A DNA stretch of 64,000 nt. It comes from Lama glama. Lineage: Eukaryota. The DNA is taken from contig CM052816.1 of assembly GCA_028534125.1 (NCBI GenBank), positions 97,404,001-97,468,000 of the forward strand, in the 5' to 3' direction. This document shows, piece by piece, positions 36,200-48,719 of this stretch (positions are counted from its first letter, which is position 1; the number at the start of each line of letters is the position of its first letter). The position numbers and the translations under genes are program-made. The notes under the pieces are model-generated. The model worked only from the letters and a program-made list of their open reading frames with translations, searched no databases and was not told the origin of the DNA.

Positions 36200-37600
36200 C
36201 AAGAAGAGAGGAACACAGGAATAAAAACCAGATGAAACAAAAAGAAATAGATTGCAAGGTGGTAGAATTATGCCCGATTATATCAGTGGTTGCCTTAAAC
36301 ATGAATAGACCCAACACTCCAATTAAAAGGTGGAGATTGGAAGATCTGATAAAAAAAAAGCAAGATCCAGATTTATGCTGAACAAAAAAATCACTTTAAA
36401 TATAGTCACAAATGAAGAAACATGTAAAGATGGAAAAATATATGCCATGCAAAAGTCACAATAAGGAAGCCGGTGTTATCATATTAATATCAAAGTAGAG
36501 TTCAAGACTGGGGGTGTTGCTGGAGATATTGAAGGACATTTTTAATATTAAAAGATTCATTTCATCAGAAACACATAACAAATGTCATAGCAAAATTAAT
36601 TTAGGATGATCACAGTCCTCAATGTAAAATTTACTACAGAGCTGGTAGAAGAAAATATTGGAGCGTATCTTCAGTGTAGGTAACAATTTTTAGGTCACAA
36701 ACGTACTCAGGATAAAAGGAAACTATTGATAATTGGATGTTATTTTTTAAAATTCTGCTTCAAAAGTCACTACTGAAAAAAAAATAATGCAAGCTACAGG
36801 ATGGGGGAAAATATATAGAATATGTATATTTGAAAAATGTCTTGGATCCAGAATTTTTTAAAGAATTCTTATAGTTCAATAAAAAAGAAAAAACAAAGGA
36901 CTGAAAAACAGATAGAAATCTTGAACAGATGCTTCACACATAAGATGTACAAATGGCCCAATAAGCACATGAAAAGATGTTCAATATCATTAGTCATGAA
37001 GCAAGCCAAAATTGCGTCAGCAATAAGGTAGCATTTCTCACCTCTCCAAGGACTAAAATCAAAGAGACTAACACCAAATATTTGAACGGTCGTGGAGTAA
37101 CTGAAACTCTCAGATGTGTAAAATGTTACTTTGGAAAACAGTTTGGAGTTTATGATAAATTTAAATTTATATCAACTCTATGATCCAACAACTCTTATTG
37201 TTTAGCAATGAGAAAACTAATACTTCCAAAAGTCTTGTTTATAATAGCTTTTCCTGTTAACTAGCGAAAAGTGGAAAAGACACACCAGTCTGTCACCTGG
37301 AGAATTAATAAAAAGTTATGGTATATTTATACAATGGAATAGAATTCACTGATTTTTAAAAAATGAAATATTGATACAAACCACAGCATGAATCTTAAGA
37401 ACCACTCCTGCTGGATTCCATCTGTTGAAATTCAAGAACAGGTGAAGTCTTGATGATATCAAACAGTGGTTCCCCCTCGTGGACAGGGATCCCTGGGAGG
37501 GGGGAGAAGAGAATTTTGAGGGTGATGGGAGCATTATTGCAATTGGTGTTTACATTGATCAAACCTCATTACATTGCGTGCTTAAGGTCGACACATGAAG
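36200..37600 (+). mobile_element. Old L1M fragments (ORF2 start joined to ORF2 end and 3' UTR)
   Basis: aacactccaattaaaagg...caagatcc...atggaaaaatatatgccatgcaaa (endonuclease region), then aaatggcccaataagcacatgaaaagatgttcaatatcattagtcat. Confidence 0.8.
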
Positions 37601-39819
37601 TGAACAATAAGAGGTATTTTGTAAGTTGGAATATTTATACAGAAATAAATTCAAATAATATTATGCCAAAACAATAAACACATGAAATTAATATATGATT
37701 TGCAGGATCACTAAATTTTGCAGAGATGTATAATGTCCAATGTAAAAAAAGTACATTTTAAGGGATGTATTCATTTTGAAATTTCTTACCACATGTTTTT
37801 TTCCTAATGTTTCAAAAATATGTATACTTTGAAAATGGTACAGTATGACATTTTAACTTTCAGGTTGAAAACTCTGGTCTGAAATCATGTTGCAATATGG
37901 GTAGGAAAATAAGAGTAAAACCACATTAAGCATAGGAACATCTAAAAGTTTCCATTTAATACAAAATGTGTGAAAATCAAAATAAAAAATAAATTGTCTT
38001 GTACTTAGATACCAAAATAAATGGGAAAAAGTAATAGATCAGTAGTGATCAAAAATGAAATAACAATTTTCAATAATAGATCTCCTATCATATTAAACAT
38101 TCTTTCAACAAATCTCATGTGAAAGTAAATGTTTAATTACTAAGCATGAGTATATTCAAATACTGAAGTCGTAGGTCTCTCTCGGAAGTGCATAATTCAA
38201 GTAATTAACTCCCGAGTCCTATAAATGATTTCTCTCGCTTTCTGATCTTTTCTCTTTCCTTTCCATGCCTGTTCCTCAACTCTTCCTTCAGTGAAGGCTG
38301 AATCACAGAATCCTAAATATAGGGACATTCTTCTTTCCAGAGGTTTTCTTCTTAAGAGCCTTGGAAACCTGCTTCACCCAGAGACATGAATGGAGCGCAT
38401 CTTTTTCACACAGACCCCAGGCAGCAGCTAACTCTGAGGAGCAGCCCATTCTGTCCTGAGCACCCAGGTGCCCCACGATGCCCACCGATTCTGAAGCGAA
38501 GTATGAACATGTGCTTAACTGGAATGATTATCCGTGATTGTCCAATCCTGATATTTCCCTGGGAGACTGACCACACCCAGGAGTGATCTTTTCCACTCAT
38601 TCCGAGAGGAGGTCCAGGGCTGTCATGGCTCTTCTGAAGGGTTCTGGGATGCTGTTTTCGGTAGAGACCTCTCCAGAGGCCACGTGTGAGCCTAGGGGTT
38701 GAATCACTCCGTGGGTTTATGTACTGTCATCCCATACCTTGTGCTGCAATTCTTTCTGTGCCTGTTGGCACATGCTTTTGATAATGTCCACCTCAGTCAC
38801 ACATGACATATATTCCTGACCTTTGTCTTCAGAGAATATGATTTGTTAGTTTGACAAAAGTTTGAAATCTGGAGAACCAAGCAATTGATCTTACAACAAC
38901 TATGGTATGAGTTTTTTAACACCATGTTCTGAGTCACTTGAGTATATAACCATTCAGCTCGCCTTGAGTGATTTAGAAAATTTCAATGTCACTTATACTC
39001 CCCGGCCACTAAAATGGCCATAATTCATCTTCCTGGGGTGGTGTGTCTAGTTTACAATCTAACTTGGACAAAATACGAAGAACTTAGACAGTGTCCAAGT
39101 AAGGTAACAAGAATCACTACCTATTGGAAAATCACAGTGTCTCTAGATGTAAACCACCATTAATTGTGCAATTACTTGGATTTGTCTTTTCTACATAAAA
39201 TTCAGTAATACTTCTTCAATGTCCCTTTTATGACAAAATAATACATTTTTGAGAAATTTGTGTGAAGTTATTATGATGTCAAGTTGTGAAGATGTGAAAA
39301 TGGAATGCATCAAAACTAACCTTGCTCTATTACCACTTTGCTCTGAACAATGGGGCCACCCATCAAATTCAATTCAAATTGTGGGTCATGATTAACTCTC
39401 TATGCTTTCCTGAAATTGGTACCATAGTGGTAGAACTCAGCCATCACTTAATTATTTGTTGACTAATACTGACCCTGGGATGATGGAAAAGAAAATGATT
39501 CATTACATGCTTATTAAATGTTGCCAGTGAAGAGAGAGGGAGACACCACATAATTGAGTGAGAGACAGTGGTCAAGGCAGATGTGGCATTCAGCTCACCA
39601 GGGTCATTCTGGCCCATGAAAAATGATCATCAAGAAACATTTGTGAGCTAGACTTTCTGCAAGATATTTAAATAGTACCCCTTCCCAATAGGGCTAACCT
39701 CTGGTCCTCTTGTCTGAATATGACTGGGCCAGGACCATTATTTCATTAGAAGAACTTGCATAGATCCATTGACAACTGGGGAAAGAAGGATATTCTGCAA
39801 AAATTCAGAGTCATAACAG

Positions 39820-39941
39820 TACAGGTGGCCTCCTGTATCTGTGCATGTGGAGCCCACCAATACAGAGGGCTGACTGTAGGAGATGATTTTCTATAAGGGA
39901 TTTGAGCTTCCCTGATTTTGGTGTTCTCAGGGTCGACTATA
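39820..39941. mobile_element. MER2/Tigger-type miniature Tc1-mariner element
   Basis: TA-flanked caggtggcctcctgtatc...atacagagggctgactgta...tataagggatttgagc...gattttggt...agggtcgact. Confidence 0.6.
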
Positions 39942-41439
39942 GTTAGAAGATGGCAGAAGATGGGGAGATGGTAAGGATAAAAGGGAATGAACTGTAGACG
40001 TATGGCAGAGAGAACGCACAGGGGAGATGGAATTCAAAGCTGCGTTTATTTCTCCTCTTCCTTCTTTCTTTGTTTCTCTGCCCCCAAGAAGTTCTTGTCC
40101 CATGTCCTACCCCAAAGTCTGGTCAAAAGCCTTCCAGGGACACTGGAGGAAGAGCCACAAGCCAGCCTGGCTTAGGAATGATTTTTAACATAATAGTGCT
40201 ACCGTTAACACTATTCTTACATTTTGTCACTGTTGGGACTGATGCTTTCAGAAAAGTAGTGCTATGAAGAAAGAACGGGAAATAGAAAGGAAGGGACAGA
40301 GGGACTGGAGACAATGTGACCCCAAGAGGAAGAGATGGTCCGAGCAGTGGAGCTGCAAGTGAGCAGCCCAAGTGAAGAAGAACCCATGTGACATCCCCTC
40401 GGGGGCTCTGAGGGAGGCTGCGGCCAGGCCCCCAGGCTTGCAGAGGTTGGGCTCTGTTGTCTTGGAGAGGAAGGATGGAGCGGTGGAAGCTCCTGGGCTG
40501 TGGAGTTCAGCAGACACAGACTCCATACTGACTGCTTGACTGTTTGTGCAGCCTCGGGCAATGTCTTCACCTCTCTGCACCTCACCTGTCAGTGCATGTG
40601 CTTGGTCACACCACCTCCTAAGGTCCTGGTAACTAAAGGGGTTATTGTACACAGGAAGCATCCAGCAGGAGCTCATAATCTAGCAACAGTAGGCTATCTG
40701 TGTATTTGACCTCCTCTCCTGCCCCTTGCTGTCAGAGGAACATGGAGAATGAAATAGGTACACACGCAACTTTGAAGGCATCATTCTGATGCACTCAGCC
40801 ACATCCTCTGCAGAGTAAGGAGAACCCAGGTGAGTCCTCCCTGGCCTTGAAGGATGGTTGCCATGAATATTCAGCAGTAACTGCCACTTGGGCCCCTATC
40901 TCTGAAGTTGATGGAACCTGTATCCCAAGGCCAGCAAGATGGAAAGGCACCATCTTGAAAGTGAAAAAGAGAATGCCCATGACAAGAATTAGGGTCTTTT
41001 AGGCTAGAATCCAAAGACAGCATTACACATATTACATTTGCAAAATGGATTCCTTTCTGATTTTAAATTACCTCAGCCATATAAAGCCACCCAATCCTTT
41101 TAACACATAAAAGTTATTTTCAAAGGAGACTGCCATTTCCTGCTGAAAGGTAATGAGAAAATGCTACAAAATAAAATGAGAAGGAAAAATATTCAAGCTA
41201 TGTCTATAAGGTGGAGAATGTATATATTTTGTATATTTCCTGCTATCGACAGAGAATCATATATGCTTGCCCAAATACATAAGCCACACAAATTAATGCA
41301 ATTCTAAGCTTGAAAAGAACTATTTGCAACCAAAATGGGTGAAAAATTGGATTTACAAAGTTCATGCATTCAAAGAAAGTCTTTGGAGGATACAGAGAAA
41401 ACTGCTGAGTAGAGTCGGATTTGCAGACCGGGTATCGGA

Positions 41440-41728
41440 AGCTTGGGGCAGCGGAATGCAAGGGGAAACAGATCACTGGGGTGGAGCCCTCCTGAACGGG
41501 ATGAGTGCCCTTATGAAAGAGACCCACAGAGATCCCTCACCCCTTCCGCACGTGAGCAGAAAGACAGCTGTCTGTGAACCAGTAACAGGGCCTTCATCAG
41601 ACGCTGAATCTGCAGGCACCTTGATCTTGGGAGTCCCGGCACCCAGAACTGTGAGAAATAGATTTCTGTTGTTTATAAAGCACTCAGCATATGGTGTTTT
41701 GTTATAGCAGCCCAAATGGACTAAGACA
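41440..41728 (+). mobile_element. MaLR LTR (MLT1A/MST-like), inserted in an old L1 3' UTR
   Basis: ggtggagccctcctgaacgggatgagtgcccttat...ccagaactgtgagaaatagatttctgttgtttataa...gttatagcagcccaaatggactaagaca. Confidence 0.85.
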
Positions 41729-44700
41729 ATAGTCACACTATTAGTGGCCTCAGGTAGAGACAGAGAGAGAGGGTAAGACACATTTGGAGGTAAGGATTGA
41801 CATTGAGTACTCAAAAGATATACCATTCTTATGCTTTTAACAAAAGTATAACACTCGAAAATTATTCCATAATTTGAAGAAAAATCAGAATATGTATTAC
41901 TATTATGTCAGTTTTAAAGTAAAATATACATATATGTGCATTTAAAGTAAAGCACATATATGATCAGTGATAAACTATGGTTGTGGGATTACAGACATTT
42001 TATTCTCTCATGCTTATATTTCTTTACGTTCCATGTTTTCTGAAAAAGACTATGTATGCCTTTAATATATTTTTTAAATCCTAAAAATAGCCAAAGGGTT
42101 CTGAAATTAAGCCAAGGACTAGAAACAGTAACAAGAACATTCTCATTATTTCCACAAATATAGCCATTCCATTTAGACACATTAAGGCATTGCTTCAAGT
42201 GTTCAATGTGAATTAATGAGAAATAGGTCATTTTTTGACATGGCTCACAAAACACCTGATAACCTCTTTTGCAAGCTTGACTTCAGTAATTAACCACAAA
42301 ATACACATTGCCTGGTCAGCAGAGCTTTAAGATTCTGCTGGGGAACTCTCTAGATCTGAAGGATGAGGGATTTTACTGCTTAACACCCTAAAATCCAGAT
42401 GGAATCCATACCCAGATGTCTAGCAGAAATTAAACTCATTCTCTATCAGTAAAGAGAGTATGAAAGAGTCAGGAATATGCTCGTTCAGCTCTTAAAATCT
42501 TTTTTTTTAATAGAAATTCATAGACACCCTCTGTGATCAGAAACATATCAAGATGAACTGGGGACTCCCCCCGAGGCAGACACCTCCACTTGACATAGGA
42601 AGGAAAGACTCAGTAAGAAATAAGATGCAAATAACTTCTTCATTCTGAGCTCCCCGGGAGCGGGGCTGAGCCTTTGAAATTTTATTTGATGGTACAAGAT
42701 TATGATCTCGCCGCTCTCACAGTTTCCCCCTTTCTCTGCTCTTTTTATGCGGGAAGAAATATTTTGCCTGTGAACACTGACAGTTTCTTCCCAGTCAGTT
42801 TAGCTTTGGCTGCAGTAAGGACATGCTGCATGTGTTTGCGCTGTAGCAGCAACCTGAATCATGATCGATACACTATTCATTTTAGGATTAGGATAACTAA
42901 TAAAATTTCTGGATCTCATTCATGCTTTATTGACCCAAGAATCAAATGTGTTGACTGTTCAAGATGAGTTTGTTTACAGGGCGAGTTGTAAGGTTATTCT
43001 TTCTTAATTAATTCCTTACCCAAAGAGAACACATGGAGACTGAAGTGATCTGTTTTGATTAAGCCAACTCCCCGAGTTTTCCAGTTTGGATACAGGAAGC
43101 CATGTTGATGTGCATGTAAATATTTCTACATGAACTGATATTTGAAACAAACTTGATATTTGACTATATATTTTTATAATGCCTTTATTAATGAAAAGCT
43201 ATGATCATTTTGATTCTCCATTGTCACTCTATTTAAGAATTGATTAAAAAAAGAAAAAGCCCTCACTCCTCAGCCGGTTACAGAACAAGTAGATTTAATG
43301 TAGGTGTATCTCTTTGAATAAAATTAGAATATACCGGAAGAGAATAAAAAGCATGAGTGTATTCACCTCAGTAAAAACAGGTCTTTTGGCAGAACTTTAA
43401 TCCCAGTTCTATATATGTAAGTGTGTGTGTGTGCACACATGTGCATGTGTCCAGTTGTGATGGAAAAGTTATTTCTAATTCTGGGATGGAGACCAGATGA
43501 AGTTGAAAGCCACTCTACTAAATTGTAGACTTCATCTTTTATTGGATGCGTACCTTTGGTCACAATCCTTGAGTCTCTCTGCCACATTACATTCCTTACA
43601 GTGTCATTGCAAAGATCAAATCAGTTAATACGTGTGAGTTCTTGGAAGACTGCCTGGTGTCCTTGGAAGCACGGTATGAGTGTTACAAGCATTGTATTTA
43701 TTTAGACTTACATATTATTGTTCACTGCTTTACCTTCAGTACCTTGCAGAGTGTCTGGCACACCCTAGCTCTCAACATTTATTGGCTGTGAAATAAGCCG
43801 TCTTACATAAAGTTACAGGCGAGGGAAGGAGTCTAATGGGAAATCAGAAAGTCTCTTTTTTCGTAAACGTCAGAAGAATTTTCAAGGTGCTTTTCTTCCA
43901 ATAAATCTCTCACTCTTACTGCTTCACCATATTACCAAAGGCTGGTGGGCCAGCATCTATTTATTTAAATGTCTGGAAATCTCTAAACATTACATAAGTA
44001 AGGGGAATACAAGACAATGAGTGGGAACATTGTCACTCAAGAATGGTACCCAGTAACACCCATCCTTTTTCAGAGGAATGCTTCTTTTGAGGCCAAACCA
44101 TTGGCAGTTGGCAAGGTGCCTGATCTAGGCACGATTAAGTTGTTGATTTGGTTCCAAAATCTCCCTCAACCAAACCAAAGAGGGACCTAAGAGAGGATGT
44201 TGTGAGCTATTTGTGTTGTTGAGAATCAGACACTCTAATTCAGAAGGACATATTAAATTTCTACTCTTTCAAAGACAAGAGTATTATTCTGAGTCCATTA
44301 TCATTGAAAATAGGCTAATGGTTTATTTCCTGTTTTGACTGTAGCTGACCTGGAATGTTCACTCACAGGCATCAGCCCGCTGTGCTCCCAGGCCAGTAGG
44401 GCCCATGGACTACTCATCCCTATGCTTCCCTTTCACTTACAGGAATGACAAGTGGACGTTGCATGAAGGTAGACTTAAAGCTGGTTAAAAAGAAGTTGAC
44501 TTAGCCAATGAAAGCTGCAGCCTATGGGATGGAGCGGGTTGCCTCCCAGAGTAGTGAATGTTCATCACCAGAAGTGTCTGCCTGAGGACCAGATCACCAT
44601 TTCCATATGAAAGAGCCATGTCCGGGGTTTCCATAGGGCAGAAACAGGGTTCTGAGGTCCCTCCCCATCTCCCTTCTCAGTTCTGCAGTAATCCATTGTC

Positions 44701-45156
44701 CTTATCCTGGTAGAGACCAGCACCTGGCAGGTGCAGGTTTCCAAGATGAGCCTTCAGGAGGTGGTCCCCCCACCTCTTCTCAGTACTGTGTCTTTATTTT
44801 GATGCATCAGATGTGTCCCTGCATTTTCTCTATGTTGTGGGTCCAAAATTCTCAGCTTTCTTTGTCGAGACGATGTGAGAATGTGCCTGTCCATCCCAGC
44901 CCTGGTGAAGGAAATGGCCATGTATCGTGAAAAATACCAGCCTTTCAAGGCACATGGAAACATGAGTTTACAATATACTCATACACCAGACCAGCCGCTA
45001 TCATTTTTGTGTGGAAATAATTATGATAAGCTTAGATCTTTTTCCAGAGTGAAGTTGAAGTTGAATTACGCAAAATGTTAAGACCGTTTTTAAAGATTTT
45101 CTGATGTATGAAGAATATGACTTTGAACATGTGAGTCTGGAAAAAGGATATAATTC

Positions 45157-45785
45157 TGAGACAGGATGGACGGAGGCAGGGCACAGATACTCAAGGAATG
45201 CTACATCAATTGACATCAAAATGGTGAAAGATTCAACCCGCAGTAGGCCTTGAGGCTCAGGATGATGACAGATTTAACTTCTAACAGATCTTGAGCTTCA
45301 TTATACGCTCATTGTAATATATTAACATGGTGAGTAACACGCCCACAGGCACTACGGCAGTCCCAAGGCTGGACACAGGTCAAAGAGTGGGACATGGCCA
45401 ACTTCCCGGGACTTTCAGCCCCTTCCCCAGGCTACTTAGGCTGGCCCTCCCACTTATTAGCATATAAAGCCACCAAGCCCATAAAAACCAGCAACATGGT
45501 GCCTCGTGGCCACCCCCTCTCTCCCTCTTCGGAGACGGCCCACATTCTGTCTGAGAAATGTGTACCTACTTTTAATCTGAGCACCCAACCCCCACATCTC
45601 GTGGCCTCTCTCTTGCCTTTCAACGGATCTCTCTGAATAAATCTATCTTCACTCAACTGCGGCTCACTCTTGAATTCTTTCCTGCGCGAAGCCAAGGACC
45701 CACACTTGGCGGGGCACGTCCCAGGGGCTCTGCCGAAGCCTGGGACATGGCCCTCCTCACACCCCACATCCACTTTCCTGCATCA
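45157..45785 (+). mobile_element. ERV1 solo LTR, MER41-like
   Basis: TG...CA termini (tgagacagg...tgcatca), TATA-like catataaa at ~45461, AATAAA at 45636, and cttgaattctttcctgcgcgaagccaaggaccc typical of MER41-group LTRs. No clean TSD seen. Confidence 0.75.
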
Positions 45786-46280
45786 TCTCTGTTCAGGACG
45801 ATGATTCCAATGAAAAGACAGTGTTGCCGTTTTATGTAGAGGTGACGTTCATGTCACAGAAACCCATGTGCATGCTAGCTGGTTTACTCTCTTCAAGTTT
45901 TCTGTGCATTAAAAACAAATGCTTTCTTTCGAAAGAATTATATAGCTGTTTCATTGAATACAGATACATTCTATAGGCAGATTCCATAATAATCATAATG
46001 TATGTTTGTTAAAGAAAGGAATTCACAACATGAATATCTATGTCTATTCTTTTCACATTTTTGGAGAATGGGAAAGATAGATGGGTGATTGGTATGAGTC
46101 CCCAAATGTTCCTTAAAATATTCAAACTATTTTAGAATCCATGAATTAAATTAGGTATCATTTAATATTTCCTTTCTAAAAAGAATTGTCAGAGAAGAGG
46201 ATGAAGGAAGGAAAAGTAAAACAGTCTTCTTTGAGTGTAGACATTTGAAAGAGAAGAAATACTCAGGTCTGTCTGGTTTT

Positions 46281-47089
46281 TTTTTATTTAACATTTTTTA
46301 TTGATTTATAATCATTTTACAATGTTGTGTCAAATTCCAGTGTTCAGCACAATTTTTCAGTCATTCATGGACATATACACACTCATTGTCACATTTTTTT
46401 CTCTGTGATTTATCATAACATNNNNNNNNNNNNNNNNNNNNNNNNNNNNNNNNNNNNNNNNNNNNNNNNNNNNNNNNNNNNNNNNNNNNNNNNNNNNNNN
46501 NNNNNNNNNNNNNNNNNNNNNNNNNNNNNNNNNNNNNNNNNNNNNNNNNNNNNNNNNNNNNNNNNNNNNNNNNNNNNNNNNNNNNNNNNNNNNNNNNNNN
46601 NNNNNNNNNNNNNNNNNNNNNNNNNNNNNNNNNNNNNNNNNNNNNNNNNNNNNNNNNNNNNNNNNNNNNNNNNNNNNNNNNNNNNNNNNNNNNNNNNNNN
46701 NNNNNNNNNNNNNNNNNNNNNNNNNNNNNNNNNNNNNNNNNNNNNNNNNNNNNNNNNNNNNNNNNNNNNNNNNNNNNNNNNNNNNNNNNNNNNNNNNNNN
46801 NNNNNNNNNNNNNNNNNNNNNNNNNNNNNNNNNNNNNNNNNNNNNNNNNNNNNNNNNNNNNNNNNNNNNNNNNNNNNNNNNNNNNNNNNNNNNNNNNNNN
46901 NNNNNNNNNNNNNNNNNNNNNCCTGGTGAAGCCATCCAGTCCTGGACTTTTATTTGTAGGGAGGTTTTTAATTGCTATTTGTATTTCTTTTCTAGTGATC
47001 AGATTGTTCAAGTGTTCAGTTTCTTCTTGATTCAGTTTTGGTGGACAGTATGTTTCCAGAAACTTGTCCATCTCCTCTAGGTTATCCAG
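46281..47089 (-). mobile_element. Young 5'-truncated LINE-1 spanning an assembly gap
   Basis: Poly-T and 3' UTR at left, very similar to the 62.6-62.7 kb copy; right side encodes ORF2 [49 protein letters not shown]; tggttttt flanks both ends (probable TSD). Confidence 0.9.
46422..46921. other. Assembly gap (500 N)
   Basis: Run of N. Confidence 1.
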
Positions 47090-47399
47090 TGGTTTTTATC
47101 TACATCAAAATGTTATATTGAATTGAATTAAAAATTTCTCAATTATGCATCATTTCTATTGAATAAGGCACAAATTCTAGAGGAGAGATTAGGTATGAAC
47201 ATGAATTATACATTAAATAAATGAATAGAGAAATGGACGATTCTGGTACCAAAAGAGGAAGGGATTGTTGCCATCCAATTTGACGTGGCAACCCTCCTCA
47301 AAATAAAAGACATAGAAGTTGGTTTCTGGGCAAATTAAATGTAGAAATTTCTAGAGAACTGTCAAAATGTGTTTAAAACCACATGAGCATTGGTTGATA

Positions 47400-47860
47400 T
47401 GAATTAGATCAATTTTATCTCATAAGAAATGAAAACTGAGGAATTTTGAAAATGCATACTTATTTATTTGAACCTAACAATATGTCCATGGCATATGTAT
47501 AAAATAACATATTTTTCTAAAAGTGCATTCTCCCAAATCAAACAGAAGTGAACGAGATGAGCGGCTTTGTTTCAAGTTTTTGCATATCTGCTCAGTGCCT
47601 GGTTTAATGATCAACACCTGGACTCTCACATCTGGCTCTGCACTCAATCTGTTATGCCATTTTGGTTGAAACGATAAAGAAAATCTGGCCTCCTACAGAT
47701 GTACGCTGGGAAAGGGAGGAATTTTCACAGCCTCCTCTGATTGTTGTGCACAGCCTGCTTGTCACTGCACCCAAACTCAAAAGCAGTATTTCCTTGATAG
47801 TTAATGACAATGTGGTCTGAAACCATGACCATGAACTTTCTGTGCTCTGCACACTCATAA
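47400..47860. mobile_element. Charlie1-like hAT DNA transposon fragment
   Basis: ctggactctcacatctggctctgcactcaatctgtt...ttggttgaa...gaaaatctggcctc...gggaaagggagg resembles Charlie1 as I recall it. Confidence 0.65.
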
Positions 47861-47894
47861 GAGGATGAGAATGAAGAGGTGGATGAGAACTTTG

Positions 47895-48295
47895 GGTTTT
47901 TTTCCCAGCTTTGAGCTATAAAGGACGTGTAACGCAGTGTAAGCATAAGGTGTACAATGGGAGGGTGTGAGGTATATTGCACTGTGAAATGGTCACCAAA
48001 CAAGGCGAGCTACTCATCTGTCATCTCACTTGTTTTCTGTGGTGAGAACTTTTAAGCTCTGCTCTTTCAGCAGCTTTCAAATACAACACAGTATCGGTAA
48101 CTGTAGTTGCCATGCTGTGCGTTACAGCACCAGGACTTACTCATCTTATACCCGGAAGTTTGTAACTTGCAACCACATTTACCCATCCTGTCTCTGTGCC
48201 TCTGCTCCTGACAACCATCAATTTACTCTCTTTTCTTTGAGTCTGGTCTTTTAGATTCCAGATATGAGTGAGATCATACAGCATGTGTCTTTCTG
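47895..48295 (-). mobile_element. L1 3' UTR fragment
   Basis: tgtggtgagaactttt...aaatacaacacagta...tgacaaccatc...ttttagattccagatatgagtgagatcatacagc. Confidence 0.8.
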
Positions 48296-48719
48296 GTGAA
48301 GCCCTAGGCCTAGGAGGGCCCTCCTGGGGCCTCGCTGTGCCGGCCTGGGGGTGTGGGAGCTATTTGGTCAGAGTGTACCCGCTCCTCTCACCTTCCACAC
48401 ATGCTCTTTCTCCATCCCTGTGGTCCACGGAGTGCTTCAGCCTCATCCCTGGGATCTAATACTTTCTTAATAGTGTCTTGTCAACGGATGATGCCAGCTG
48501 GTTTTCTTGTGAGGAGGCTGACATCCAGAGCAACCTATGCTGCCATCTTGAAGACATCCCCCTTCAACTTTGGCTTAAGGAAAGTTTTGACCTTGGAGAC
48601 CTCCCAGAAGGCTTTTGGGGGCCCCAATTTTTCTCCCTCCCACACTTGGAGAACTGCTGTTTTTAACCTACCATTTTGGTATAGCTGCTTAGAAGGCATG
48701 CATTAAAAAAGAGACATTT

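Noticed and set aside
40827..40835. Perfect CAG|GTGAGT donor on +
   Set aside because: No convincing matching acceptor or reading frame nearby; isolated consensus sites occur at random in 64 kb.
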